DNA of 64,000 nt from an uncultured Azospirillaceae bacterium (GCA_964655915.1 CAZZNV010000003.1:15299-79298); one strand, 5' to 3'; positions 1 to 9,674 are shown, counted from the stretch's first letter. Numbers and translations are program-made. The notes: a model not told the origin generated them from the sequence alone.

Positions 1-151
1 GTTCATTTTTTTTAGCCGAAATCAAACGGATAACATCTTCACTCAACCCTTTCGGGGCTGTATCCGCTTCAATATCGGTGACAAAACCATATTTATACTT
101 ATCACCGCTTTCGTCTATGATTTCCGGCTGTTCTTTTCCCAAACTGTTCAT
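1..151 (-). CDS. sufB: Fe-S cluster assembly protein SufB, N-terminal ~50 codons only (gene runs off the left edge)
   Basis: Reverse translation from the ATG at 151-149 gives MNSLGKEQPEIIDESGDKYKYGFVTDIEADTAPKGLSEDVIRLISAKKNE. The YKYGF.TDIE...PKGL.EDV.R.ISAKKNE block is the conserved SufB N-terminus. It is absent from the ORF track because fewer than 60 aa lie in the window. Confidence 0.75.
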   Translation of the reverse strand, partial: MNSLGKEQPEIIDESGDKYKYGFVTDIEADTAPKGLSEDVIRLISAKKNE

Positions 152-293
152 TTTATCCTTCTTATTTTTTCATAAAATTAGTGTTTTTTAATTAAAAATG
201 CAACCTCTATTTAACGCATTTTCAGCTTTTACAAAAAATTAATCTGTCAATGATAGGTTAGACTAGAGCGATTTTTCAAGCCAAGGAAATGTT

Positions 294-1214
294 ATGCTGT
301 GCCGCAGGCCTTTAATATGGATTTTGCCTTTATTGCTGCTCGTCGGAGGTTGTGCCGACAGCAGAGTGCAGCTGTTTAATTATGATTTAGGAAGTTTTTT
401 CGGAAACACTCCGTCTACGGTGACCGTTCGCAAAGGAGATACGCTTTACAGCATTGCCCGCCATTACAATGTCCCTATTCGTGATTTGATTGAAGCGAAC
501 AATCTGCGCCCGCCCTACACCCTTAATATCGGGCGTGTTTTGCGCATGCCTTCCGCAAAATATCACATTGTTGAAAAAGGGGACACTGTCTACAATATTT
601 CCAAACGTTATAATATTGACATGAGCTCACTCAGCAAGGCCAACAATCTTTACGCGCCCTATGCGCTACACATAGGGCAACGCTTAATTTTACCCGCCTC
701 GGTTGTCAGCAAACCGGTAGCCTCAAATTATGTTTCCAATAAATCTGCTCCGAAAACATCAAGCTCTTGGACGCCATGGAAGAAAACTTCCCAAACACCG
801 TCTCAGACGACTTCTTATTCTACACCGGTAAAAAAACGAACTTCCAAATTTTCATGGCCTGTCAAAGGGACTGTTATTTCTAAATATGGCGTTATCGGCA
901 AAGGGCGTAATAACGACGGTATAAATATCAAAGCGCCTCTCGGCACGGCAGTCAACGCCGCCGATACGGGGACCATCGCTTATGCCGGAAACGAACTGAA
1001 GGGATTTGGCAACCTTATCCTCATTAAACACCCTGACGGCTGGGTTACCGCCTATGCTCACAATGACCGTATTCTGGTAAAGAAAGGTCAACAAGTTAAG
1101 CGCGGAGAAAAGATAGCTACCGTCGGAAGCACCGGAGGCGTTAATACACCGCAACTGCATTTTGAAATACGTTCAGGAAAAAAAGCCGTAAACCCGACTG
1201 CTTATTTGCAGTAA
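294..1214 (+). CDS. nlpD: LysM-domain M23 peptidase-family lipoprotein, NlpD-like
   Basis: Signal peptide with lipobox (LLLVGGC). Two LysM repeats (VRKGDTLYSIARHYNV..., VEKGDTVYNISKRYNI...). C-terminal M23 domain (GFGNLILIKHPDGWVTAYAHN...GSTGG...QLHFEIR) closely resembles E. coli NlpD. GINI replaces the usual H.GIDI metal-ligand motif, suggesting an NlpD-type degenerate activator rather than an active hydrolase. Confidence 0.85.
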   Translation: MLCRRPLIWILPLLLLVGGCADSRVQLFNYDLGSFFGNTPSTVTVRKGDTLYSIARHYNVPIRDLIEANNLRPPYTLNIGRVLRMPSAKYHIVEKGDTVYNISKRYNIDMSSLSKANNLYAPYALHIGQRLILPASVVSKPVASNYVSNKSAPKTSSSWTPWKKTSQTPSQTTSYSTPVKKRTSKFSWPVKGTVISKYGVIGKGRNNDGINIKAPLGTAVNAADTGTIAYAGNELKGFGNLILIKHPDGWVTAYAHNDRILVKKGQQVKRGEKIATVGSTGGVNTPQLHFEIRSGKKAVNPTAYLQ

Positions 1215-1236
1215 TCTCTCTTTATTTAAAAAAAAC

Positions 1237-1265
1237 TTGTGAAATACGTAAAATTACCCTATATA
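1237..1265 (+). promoter_or_regulatory. Candidate sigma-70 promoter for yajC-secDF (TTGTGA, 17 nt spacer, TATATA)
   Basis: TTGTGA at 1237-1242, a 17-nt spacer, then TATATA at 1260-1265, about 55 nt upstream of the yajC ATG. Pattern match only. Confidence 0.3.
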
Positions 1266-1318
1266 AGCAAAAGAACGTGGTATATACTGCTGTTTAGTTA
1301 ATTTTTTAGGAGAGAAAC

Positions 1319-1696
1319 ATGTTTATAAATCCGGCTTTTGCACAGGGCGCCGATGCAGCTGTTCAATCAGCTTCATTGTCCGGCACTCTTATTCAATTGG
1401 GACTGATTTTTTTAATTTTTTACCTTTTGCTTATTCGTCCGCAACAGAAAAAAATTAAACAACATGACGAAATGCTGTCTGCTATTAAAAAAGGTGACAG
1501 AATCATTACCGGAGGCGGAATTTATGCAAAGGTGGTTGACGCCAGCAGTCCTATTGATTTGACAATTGAGATTGCCGATGGTGTCAACGTTGTTATAAAC
1601 CGAGGCACGGTTCGTGACATGGTTAACGATGAGAATGCACCTGCTCCTAAAGGCAAAACAGCTGCAAAAAATAAATCTTCAAAATCAAAAAAATAA
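1319..1696 (+). CDS. yajC: Preprotein translocase subunit YajC
   Basis: Small protein with one TM helix followed by the YajC motif (LLIRPQQKKIKQHDEML..IKKGDRIITGGGIYAKV). It lies directly upstream of secD-secF. Confidence 0.9.
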   Translation: MFINPAFAQGADAAVQSASLSGTLIQLGLIFLIFYLLLIRPQQKKIKQHDEMLSAIKKGDRIITGGGIYAKVVDASSPIDLTIEIADGVNVVINRGTVRDMVNDENAPAPKGKTAAKNKSSKSKK

Positions 1697-1707
1697 AGGT
1701 ACTTCAT

Positions 1708-3252
1708 ATGTATAATTTATCCAGATCAAGAATTTTGACTATTCTTGCCATTTGTTTACTAGGGGTCTTTTTTGCCATACCTAATATTGTCAGCGACAAA
1801 AGCGCCTTACCTAAATGGTGGCAACCCGTAAACCTCGGTCTTGACTTGCAAGGCGGTTCCAATTTGTTGCTTGAAGTTAAAATCGACGATGTCATCAGAG
1901 AACGTATGTCTTCTATTGAGGATTCTGCTCGCCAAATTTTGCGTGAAAACAGAATTCGCTACCAGAACCTTCATGCCGGAGATACTTCTGTTAAAGTCAA
2001 AATAGAAAACTTGAATGCTCGTAATAAAGCTTCTTCGTTATTCCGTAAGATTGATTCCGGACTTGAGGTTTCGGAAAATGACGACGGGGTATTGGAAATT
2101 GTCTATAATGAAGTGGAGTTGAACAAGCTCAAGATGCGCGTGGTCGAACAATCCATTGAAATTGTTCGCCGCCGCATTGATGAGTTGGGAACTAAAGAAC
2201 CCGTTATTCAAAGCCAAGGGTCAGACCGAATCGTTGTACAACTCCCCGGATTGCAAAACCCAGAATATGTTAAAAATTTGCTGGGTAAAACAGCTAAGAT
2301 GGCTTTTCATTTGGTAGACAGCCGCTCCACAGCTGCAGAAGCACGCCGTGGTAAGCTTGCTGCCGGCTCTAAACTGGTTCAAGGGCAAGATGGAGAATAC
2401 TACGTTATCGGACGCAAACCCGTTGTCAGCGGTGAAAACTTGATTGATGCCCAACCTTCTTTCCAAGAAGGTGAGCCGGTTGTCAGTTTTAAGTTCAACT
2501 CTATCGGCGGTAAAAAATTCGGAGAAGCAACCAAAAACAACATTGGTGAACGCTTGGCCATTGTTTTGGATAATGAAGTTATTTCCGCACCGAACATCCA
2601 AAGCGCTATTATGGGCGGTTCCGGAATTATCACCGGAAGCTTTACAGTTAAATCAGCCAATGACTTAGCGTTGCTGTTGCGTTCAGGCGCTTTGCCGGCT
2701 CCTTTAGAAGTTTTGGAAGAACGTACTGTCGGTGCCGGACTTGGTTCTGATTCCATTCGCGAAGGAATTATCGCCTCGGGCATCGGTTTAATTGCCGTTG
2801 TCGTCTTTATGGTTGCTGCTTATGGTTTGTTTGGCGTGTTTACAACCGTTACTGTATTTGTCAACCTGATTTTGATGTTGGGCGCTTTGAGCTTTTTGGG
2901 TGCGACACTAACTCTTCCCGGAATTGCCGGTATCATTCTGACCATCGGTATGGCGGTTGATGCGAACGTTCTTATCTTTGAAAGAATGCGCGAAGAAGTG
3001 AAATCCGGACGTTCGACTAAAGATGCGGCAGATGCCGGATTTAATGAAGCCTGGGGAACAATTGTCGACTCTAACCTAACAACTTTGGTTGCGGCTTTTG
3101 TCTTATTCTACTTCGGAACAGGACCTGTCAGAGGTTTTGCCGTTACATTGGCTATCGGTATCGCAACATCAATGTTTACATCCGTTACGGTTACCAGATT
3201 AATTATTACCGGCTGGCTACAAAAATATAAGCCGACCAAACTGCCCATCTAA
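1708..3252 (+). CDS. secD: Protein translocase subunit SecD
   Basis: N-terminal TM helix, large periplasmic domain (LGLDLQGG...), C-terminal 5-TM bundle (AGIILTIGMAVDANVLIFERMREE). Synteny yajC-secD-secF. Confidence 0.95.
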   Translation: MYNLSRSRILTILAICLLGVFFAIPNIVSDKSALPKWWQPVNLGLDLQGGSNLLLEVKIDDVIRERMSSIEDSARQILRENRIRYQNLHAGDTSVKVKIENLNARNKASSLFRKIDSGLEVSENDDGVLEIVYNEVELNKLKMRVVEQSIEIVRRRIDELGTKEPVIQSQGSDRIVVQLPGLQNPEYVKNLLGKTAKMAFHLVDSRSTAAEARRGKLAAGSKLVQGQDGEYYVIGRKPVVSGENLIDAQPSFQEGEPVVSFKFNSIGGKKFGEATKNNIGERLAIVLDNEVISAPNIQSAIMGGSGIITGSFTVKSANDLALLLRSGALPAPLEVLEERTVGAGLGSDSIREGIIASGIGLIAVVVFMVAAYGLFGVFTTVTVFVNLILMLGALSFLGATLTLPGIAGIILTIGMAVDANVLIFERMREEVKSGRSTKDAADAGFNEAWGTIVDSNLTTLVAAFVLFYFGTGPVRGFAVTLAIGIATSMFTSVTVTRLIITGWLQKYKPTKLPI

Positions 3253-3270
3253 AAAGGAAGGATTGTTCTA

Positions 3271-4212
3271 ATGATGAAACTATTCAGTTGGGTCACAAAA
3301 GATACGACTATTGATTTTCTTAAGGCCCGCAAGTTTACTTACACATTTTCTATTGTTATGGTTATTTTGTCTGTTGCATCTATTGTATTTAAAGGACTTA
3401 ACTTTGGCATAGATTTTTCAGGCGGAATACTGATTGAGTTAAAAAGTGAAAGCCCCATCAACGTGGAGGAAATGCGCGCAAAGCTTAATACCGTCAATCT
3501 TGATGATGTTAATTTACAAACCATTGGTGAAAACAGCGATGAGATTATGATTCGCGCACAAGCTAAAAACTTGAACGAAAAAGAACAAATGGCTGCCGTT
3601 AAAGAAATTAAGTCTGTTTTGGGTGACAGCTATGACTATCGCCGCGTTGAATTAGTTGGTCCGCAAGTTGGGAGCGAACTGAAAAAAGATGGTATTATAG
3701 CTTCGGTTATTGCCGTCTTTGCAATTTCGCTTTATATCTGGTTTCGTTTTGAGTGGCAATTTGCCTTAGGAGCCATGGTTGGTCTGGTTCACGATATTTT
3801 GACGACCGTCGGACTGTTATCCTTTTTGGGGTTTGATTTTAGCCTTACAACGGTTGCAGCCATTCTGACCCTTGCCGGTTATTCCGTGAACGATACGGTT
3901 GTGACCTATGATCGTGTGCGCGAGAATCTCCGTAAGTTTAAGAAAATGCCACAATATGATTTGATAAACAAAAGTATTAACGATATTTTTTCCCGCACCA
4001 TTTTGACAGGTTTGACTACTTTGTTAGCGGCTTGTGCTTTGTTGATTTGGGGCGGCGACACGTTAAGAAGTTTCTCTTTCACTATCGTTTGGGGAGTGAT
4101 TATCGGAACGTACTCGTCAATCTATATTTCCGCGGTTTTCCTGAATCTGTTTGATTTAAGAAAATCTCAGGAAGAAGCTGTGGTCGGTCCTTTCGGCAAT
4201 GTTAAGGACTAA
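3271..4212 (+). CDS. secF: Protein translocase subunit SecF
   Basis: LNFGIDFSGG motif and a C-terminal TM bundle with GYSVNDTVVTYDRVREN. It follows secD after an 18-nt gap. Confidence 0.95.
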   Translation: MMKLFSWVTKDTTIDFLKARKFTYTFSIVMVILSVASIVFKGLNFGIDFSGGILIELKSESPINVEEMRAKLNTVNLDDVNLQTIGENSDEIMIRAQAKNLNEKEQMAAVKEIKSVLGDSYDYRRVELVGPQVGSELKKDGIIASVIAVFAISLYIWFRFEWQFALGAMVGLVHDILTTVGLLSFLGFDFSLTTVAAILTLAGYSVNDTVVTYDRVRENLRKFKKMPQYDLINKSINDIFSRTILTGLTTLLAACALLIWGGDTLRSFSFTIVWGVIIGTYSSIYISAVFLNLFDLRKSQEEAVVGPFGNVKD

Positions 4213-4225
4213 ATAAAAAACGATA

Positions 4226-4254
4226 AAAAAAGGCGGAAAATTCCGCCTTTTTTT
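4226..4254 (+). terminator. Rho-independent terminator after secF
   Basis: Hairpin AGGCGGAA/TTCCGCCT (4231-4248) followed by a T-run. Confidence 0.7.
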
Positions 4255-4330
4255 GTGCCTTTACTAATCCAATTACTTATTTACAGCTTTGAGACTGCCT
4301 CATGAAGTAGTTTGCTCGTATCTTTAAGCA

Positions 4331-4368
4331 TAAAAAAAGAACCTGTCTCTTTTTCAGAAACAGGTTCT
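4331..4368 (-). terminator. Rho-independent terminator after the ABC exporter gene
   Basis: Hairpin GAACCTGT...ACAGGTTC (4339-4367). The A-run at 4332-4338 reads as a T-run on the minus strand. Confidence 0.6.
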
Positions 4369-4385
4369 TTGCGTTTGTATTTGTA

Positions 4386-6167
4386 TTAGGCCGCTTCTTT
4401 CTTCTTGAATTGAGCATTATAAAGAGACTTATAAGCCCCGTCATCAAGTTTTAGAAGCTCATCATGATTTCCTCGTTCAACGATTTCACCATCGTTAACC
4501 ACCAGAATTTCATCGGCGTTTTGGATTGTTGACAATCTGTGAGCGATAACAAACACCGTTCTGTCTTGCATCAGATTATCAATTGCTTTTTGAACAACCG
4601 CTTCGGCTTTATTATCCAACGCAGATGTCGCCTCATCCAAAATAACAATAGGAGCGTTTTTCAAAAAAGCTCTGGCAATTGCCAAACGTTGACGTTGCCC
4701 TCCGGACAGCAGACTTCCCCGCTCGCCGATATCGGTATCCAGTCCATCTTCCTGCTCATCAACAAATTCTTTAAGATAGGCCATTTCCAAAGCTTTATTA
4801 ATCTCTTCATCTGTCGCATCAGCTTTGCCCAAAATGATATTGTCCCGAATCGTACCGGAGAACAAGAAATTATCCTGAAAAACAACAGCTATCTGATTGC
4901 GCAGACTTTCTAATGTAAAGTCCCGAATATCTTTTCCGTCAATCATAATCGCACCGGATGTAACATCATAAAACCGAGGCAACAAACTGACCAACGTGGA
5001 CTTTCCGCCTCCGGAATTTCCAACCACGGCTATTGTTTCCCCTGCCCGAACTTTGAAATTAATTCCTTTAAGCACCGGACAATCAGGATTGTACGCAAAA
5101 TTTACATTTGAAAATTCAATTGACTTTTCGACTTTTTTAAGAGCCTTTGCTTTAGGACTGTTGCAGACATCCGACTCCAAGGACAAGATTTCCGCAATAC
5201 GTTCAATTGCCAGAAACGACACTTGAACAGCGCTGAAATTTTTGCCAATGCTCTTAATCGGATTATATAACATAATTAACGCTGTTAAGAAGGACACAAA
5301 GTTACCGCTGGTAATAGTTCCGTTAACAATCAAATAGCTTCCGTAACCGATAACGGCACCAATACCAATAGATGCTACAACATGCAACATCGGCGTCATC
5401 CACGCAGTTCTTTGTATCATTTTAATACCCAGCTTAAACAGTGTGCGCATGGTTTTATCATACTTTTGAAACTCATGTTCTTGCAAATTGTAAGAGGCAA
5501 CCGTTTTATTGCCGACACAGGTCTCCGTATAGTTTGTGAGTATGGTAGAACTTTTTTGAACAGATTTGTAAATAATGCCTTTTATCATGCGACGAACGTG
5601 CGCCAGCGGCAACAACCCGAACACAAGCACACCGATAGCAATAATGGACAACTGCCATGAGTTATAAATCAGAACACCTATCAGCGAGAGTGACGAAAAT
5701 ACACGCGAGGTAAACAAGCGAACGTTGTCTATCAACCCTGCGCAGGATGCATCGGCATCTGCTGAAAAACGCTGGATGATGTAACCGGTATCATGACGAT
5801 CGTAAAACGAAGGAGATAACCACAATAATTTGCGATATAAAGCCCCTTTAACGTCCATGCTTATTTTCCCGCCGACCCATGAGTTCATGTAGGTTGAGAT
5901 GTAATTTAGCGTTCCTTGGACCAAGGTAAAACCGACTATCAGCAACGGAATATATACCGGAGACTGGTCTGTCTTATCAACCAAGACAACATCCATATAA
6001 GGTTTGAGAGCCAAGGCGACAACAGCATCAAGCGCTCCGATTGGAACACACAACGCAATAGCGAACAATGCCCTAAACAAATAAGGTTTTACAAAAGGCC
6101 ACATAACTCTGTAATGGTCTATAAATTTAAGCTTTGGCGCTTCAACTATCTCTTTTTCTTTTTTCAT
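4386..6167 (-). CDS. ABC exporter, fused permease/ATPase (MsbA/lipid A exporter-like)
   Basis: N-terminal 6-TM exporter domain. Walker A GNSGGGKST, signature LSGGQRQR, Walker B VILDEATSALD, H-loop IAHRLST. Confidence 0.9.
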   Translation of the reverse strand: MKKEKEIVEAPKLKFIDHYRVMWPFVKPYLFRALFAIALCVPIGALDAVVALALKPYMDVVLVDKTDQSPVYIPLLIVGFTLVQGTLNYISTYMNSWVGGKISMDVKGALYRKLLWLSPSFYDRHDTGYIIQRFSADADASCAGLIDNVRLFTSRVFSSLSLIGVLIYNSWQLSIIAIGVLVFGLLPLAHVRRMIKGIIYKSVQKSSTILTNYTETCVGNKTVASYNLQEHEFQKYDKTMRTLFKLGIKMIQRTAWMTPMLHVVASIGIGAVIGYGSYLIVNGTITSGNFVSFLTALIMLYNPIKSIGKNFSAVQVSFLAIERIAEILSLESDVCNSPKAKALKKVEKSIEFSNVNFAYNPDCPVLKGINFKVRAGETIAVVGNSGGGKSTLVSLLPRFYDVTSGAIMIDGKDIRDFTLESLRNQIAVVFQDNFLFSGTIRDNIILGKADATDEEINKALEMAYLKEFVDEQEDGLDTDIGERGSLLSGGQRQRLAIARAFLKNAPIVILDEATSALDNKAEAVVQKAIDNLMQDRTVFVIAHRLSTIQNADEILVVNDGEIVERGNHDELLKLDDGAYKSLYNAQFKKKEAA

Positions 6168-6176
6168 ATTTATCCT

Positions 6177-6617
6177 TTACATAAGGTGTAGAAATTTTAA
6201 AATTCCGATAACCGCGATAAGTTCCATTAATATCATTAATTTGTATATATTTTGATAACTTTTTTTACTTGTTTTGTGGTGAAAAAACTTTTGTCCGGCA
6301 AAAGCTCCCAACCAGCCCCCTAAAAACTCAAGCATGTGCAAATCTCTTTCAGGAATGCGCCATTGTTTTAACCGAGCGGCTCGCTTGTCAACACCATAGG
6401 CTATAAATGTTGTTAAATTAACGGAAACAAACTGGAACACGACAAACAGCAATATCGTTTTTCCGCTTAGTACATTTTCTATGCGAAACAAATTATTTTG
6501 CGTGTACCACGCCATCCCGACCACACAAGCACTGTTCAAAAGGTAAAAACGATTGCTGCGAAGCGGCGGAACTAAAACAGCCAGTCCAAATAAAATTGCA
6601 GTAAAGGCCACAACCAT
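6177..6617 (-). CDS. DUF1294-family membrane protein
   Basis: Motif RIPERDLHMLEFLGGWLGAFAGQKFFHHKTSKKSY matches the DUF1294 core (R.pE..L..l.l.GGw.GA....frHKt.K). Extra N-terminal TM helices. Its stop is 9 nt upstream of the ABC exporter start. Confidence 0.75.
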   Translation of the reverse strand: MVVAFTAILFGLAVLVPPLRSNRFYLLNSACVVGMAWYTQNNLFRIENVLSGKTILLFVVFQFVSVNLTTFIAYGVDKRAARLKQWRIPERDLHMLEFLGGWLGAFAGQKFFHHKTSKKSYQNIYKLMILMELIAVIGILKFLHLM

Positions 6618-6761
6618 ACAAAATCCTATCAGTAAAACTGTTGGTGAGTTTAGTATAGTTTAATTTAAATTGCAAATAGTGAATAAGTAAAAAAATTATG
6701 ATGTGTATTTATGTTTTTCATTTTATACTTTTTTTAACTTTTAATTTTTGGGGTGTTGTTT

Positions 6762-7262
6762 ATGAAAAATAAGTTATTGTTATTGAGCTGCCTGCTGTTT
6801 GCCGGATGTTCTTTTTCAGATGCTGATCAAGTGCGCGATGCTTATGTTCAAGTTCCTTATGATGCGGAATATGATGTTGCTTTTACCCCTCATGTGTATG
6901 CCATTGCCGCAACCAGGGCCACTAACAAGATGCTTGATGAAACAAGAGATATTTATGAAAATGCAGGAAATGTATTTTTATATGTCGGCGCACCCAAAAA
7001 ACTGAACAGTTCATTGCCGGACGGTTTTCACTATGCCCATAAGGTGACCACAGAAATATTAGAAGGCTCTCAAGACTTTAAGTTAGTTAACAACAAGGAA
7101 GAGGCTGACTATTATCTTGAGGTTTTGGTTGATAAGGCCGGAAACGCAGATGTTCCCACGATTATATATAAGCTGGTTTTATTCAACAATGAAAATGTAC
7201 AAATACGTTCTTGGACGGAGCGGGTTAATCGCATCCGAAACGATGACCGCAGCTGGTGGTAA
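6762..7262 (+). CDS. Lipoprotein with an LpoB-like alpha/beta module (function unknown)
   Basis: Start moved to the ATG at 6762 (MKNKLLLLSCLLFAGCSF, lipobox). The core VFLYVGAPKKLNSS...FKLVNNKEEADYYLEVLVD...IIYKLVLFNNENVQIRSW resembles the LpoB C-domain pattern (N.T....F.LV....A.YVL.....LQM.L). Confidence 0.6.
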   Translation: MKNKLLLLSCLLFAGCSFSDADQVRDAYVQVPYDAEYDVAFTPHVYAIAATRATNKMLDETRDIYENAGNVFLYVGAPKKLNSSLPDGFHYAHKVTTEILEGSQDFKLVNNKEEADYYLEVLVDKAGNADVPTIIYKLVLFNNENVQIRSWTERVNRIRNDDRSWW

Positions 7263-8359
7263 TGAGAGGTTTTTATTGTAAATTTTTCGTATTGTTCGCT
7301 TTTGTTTTTTTTCAAAACATAGCGCAGGCTGGCGTTTTAAATGCAGAAGATGCTGAAAATGCGGCTAATGATGAGCTTATAAGTCTGTTTGGCGAATCTT
7401 GTGAAACGGTTAAGTCTGATGAAGCAAAGTCTTCCGTGCGAGTGAGGGCTACGGACAAGGCATCTTTCAAAGCTGTCGAGGTTATTCCTGAACTTGGCGA
7501 AATTCGCTCTTCCTTTCCATCTCATGACTTTAACGTTTTGGTTTACAGCATTGTTGACAATTATATTGAAGATTTATCAGCAAAAACATCTAAGCAGACC
7601 GACGATGAAATTTGCGTTGAAGTTACAGGATTTCTTAACGGAGAGAATATCCTAAGAGCTTTGAGTGAAAATCGACAAAGATTTTCGAACGGCAATGAAA
7701 ATGGTTATGATGATGAAAAATCGGAAAACCCAGACTATCCTAACAAATTGGAAATTGAAGATGTTGGTAACATTTTGCCGGCAGCCGATTTTCCTCCGGC
7801 ACCACAGCTTAATATAAAAAAAGAAGTCAGCGTTGACACCCTGCCGGCAGCAGAAAGAACTGGCGCTCCCGTTCCCATGCCTGAGCGTGAACTCCTAGCT
7901 GAAGGAACTGGTAACGCTGCCGTTTATATCGCGCCGACACATTTTTTTAACAACACCTCAACAGAAGCTTATTTTGATGATTTGAAAAACATTGTCTTAA
8001 AGAAAAACGACGTTGAGGTTATCAGTGACCCTAAACGGGCAGACTATATTTTATATTCAGACGTTTTGCGCGCTAAAGTTGAAGCTATTAATGCCAAAAC
8101 AAACCGCTTACAGATGGTTATTTCACTCAAATTGACAGATGTTGCAAAAAATATTTCGGTTACAGAACATCAAAACCGTTTCATTTTATTTGAAAGCAGT
8201 GATGATGAGCAGCAGGTTGCCGGCGATTTGATGAAAAAACTCTTCGACAAGGCAGGTGATGCGATTATCGGCAAAATCAAACCGCCTCATCTCGGAGCTC
8301 TAACGGAACAGGATGCCATTATCACGCCATCAAACCCTAACAGGGTTACCTATCCGTAG
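7262..8359 (+). CDS. Secreted protein with a C-terminal LpoB-like module (function unknown)
   Basis: The ATG at 7262 overlaps the upstream TAA by 1 nt (TAATG). Signal peptide ends in AQA. The C-terminal block AAVYIAPTHFFNNTS...VEVISDPKRADYILYSDVL...RLQMVISLKL is paralogous to the upstream lipoprotein and resembles E. coli LpoB (HYVLYS...LQMQLMLV), recalled from memory. Confidence 0.6.
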   Translation: MRGFYCKFFVLFAFVFFQNIAQAGVLNAEDAENAANDELISLFGESCETVKSDEAKSSVRVRATDKASFKAVEVIPELGEIRSSFPSHDFNVLVYSIVDNYIEDLSAKTSKQTDDEICVEVTGFLNGENILRALSENRQRFSNGNENGYDDEKSENPDYPNKLEIEDVGNILPAADFPPAPQLNIKKEVSVDTLPAAERTGAPVPMPERELLAEGTGNAAVYIAPTHFFNNTSTEAYFDDLKNIVLKKNDVEVISDPKRADYILYSDVLRAKVEAINAKTNRLQMVISLKLTDVAKNISVTEHQNRFILFESSDDEQQVAGDLMKKLFDKAGDAIIGKIKPPHLGALTEQDAIITPSNPNRVTYP

Positions 8360-9227
8360 GCTCATAATCTTCATCGTTTTCATATTCTTCGGTATCGTAA
8401 TATTCGTCGCTTTCCAAATCTTCTTCTGTAAGCTCTTCATCTTCCTCATAATAGTCTTCATCGGTATCAACATTCCACCCTTCATGAGCTTTTATATTGC
8501 TGACGATGATATTAATATCTTCGGCCGGTTCGCGTCCGGAGGACACCCATAAACCTGTTATTTTTTCTCGTATTTCCGTTTCCAACTGTTCACAGAAAGC
8601 TTCGTTTTCATTTACATAAACATCAATTACGATTTCAGGAAAACCTCTATCGTTATACAAAGAATACTCATATGCACACATATAATCTTTGGCATTTTCA
8701 TAAATCAGGCCAAAAATATTTTTGTAAATGCTTGTCAAACCATTTTCTGCGTAGGCATTGGCGAAATCAAATAAAACCTGATCTTCCGCAGGCAAGTCGG
8801 GATACTCCGAAATAAGATTTAACAACCTAATATTTCCGGTTGCAATGGCAAACTTTAACAAGGACGGATAAAAGAGGTTTATGTTTTCTTTGATATTTTC
8901 CAAACGAGGCTTCAACAAGACCATCGCCATTTCCAAGAGCCCGATATTTAAGAGATTTTCAATGTACACAAATTCAAAAAACGGCTCAAGAGTCCCACCA
9001 ATTTCCCAAATTTTTGAAGCAAGCGACAATGCTTTATTACGATTTCCCAACATTGTCTGGCAGTACATCAATGTTATCATACCCGAGATATTGTTCGGAT
9101 ATTTTTGCAAAGCCTGATAGATTTTCATTTCAACGCTTGTAATCTCATTGACCTGATCGTAATTAAGCTCAAAAAGACTGTCTATCAAATCAAACCAAAT
9201 ACTGTCCTCTTCATTCTCGTATTCCAT
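8346..9227 (-). CDS. Hypothetical cytoplasmic protein: helical-repeat N-domain, alpha/beta C-domain, extremely acidic D/E/Y tail
   Basis: Long ORF starting 9 nt downstream of the dtd stop on the same strand. The last ~45 residues are almost entirely D/E/Y (DTDEDYYEEDEELTEEDLESDEYYDTEEYENDEDYEPTDR). I recognise no family. Confidence 0.6.
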   Translation of the reverse strand: MEYENEEDSIWFDLIDSLFELNYDQVNEITSVEMKIYQALQKYPNNISGMITLMYCQTMLGNRNKALSLASKIWEIGGTLEPFFEFVYIENLLNIGLLEMAMVLLKPRLENIKENINLFYPSLLKFAIATGNIRLLNLISEYPDLPAEDQVLFDFANAYAENGLTSIYKNIFGLIYENAKDYMCAYEYSLYNDRGFPEIVIDVYVNENEAFCEQLETEIREKITGLWVSSGREPAEDINIIVSNIKAHEGWNVDTDEDYYEEDEELTEEDLESDEYYDTEEYENDEDYEPTDR

Positions 9228-9236
9228 TGAATCCCC

Positions 9237-9674
9237 CTATTTTTCCAACATAAACGTTACCGGCCCATCATTTACCAGAGCAACTTGCATATCGGCCTGA
9301 AAAATTCCGGTCTGCACATCGGCACCAAGCTTTTGCAAACATTCGACAAAGTATTCATACAAAGCCTTGGCGATTTCAGGCTTCTCCGCCGTATCAAACC
9401 CCGGGCGGTTGCCTCTGCTGGTATCTCCGGCCAATGTAAATTGAGACACCACAACCAATTGCCCTTTTATATCCATCACAGAAAGGTTCATTTTTCCGGC
9501 TTCATCTTCAAAAATTCGCAAATTGCAGACCTTTTTTGCCAAATATTCCGCAGCAGCACGAGCATCACCCTTTTGAACCCCCAGAAGAATCAGCAACCCT
9601 CTTCCGGCAGAAGCTACCATTTTGCCGTCTACTTTTACGCTACACTCACTGACTCTTTGCAATAAGGCTTTCAT
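9237..9674 (-). CDS. dtd: D-aminoacyl-tRNA deacylase
   Basis: MKALLQRV...GLLILLGV...[17 protein letters not shown] are hallmark Dtd motifs. Start set at the ATG at 9674, preceded by GGAGAA. Confidence 0.9.
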   Translation of the reverse strand: MKALLQRVSECSVKVDGKMVASAGRGLLILLGVQKGDARAAAEYLAKKVCNLRIFEDEAGKMNLSVMDIKGQLVVVSQFTLAGDTSRGNRPGFDTAEKPEIAKALYEYFVECLQKLGADVQTGIFQADMQVALVNDGPVTFMLEK

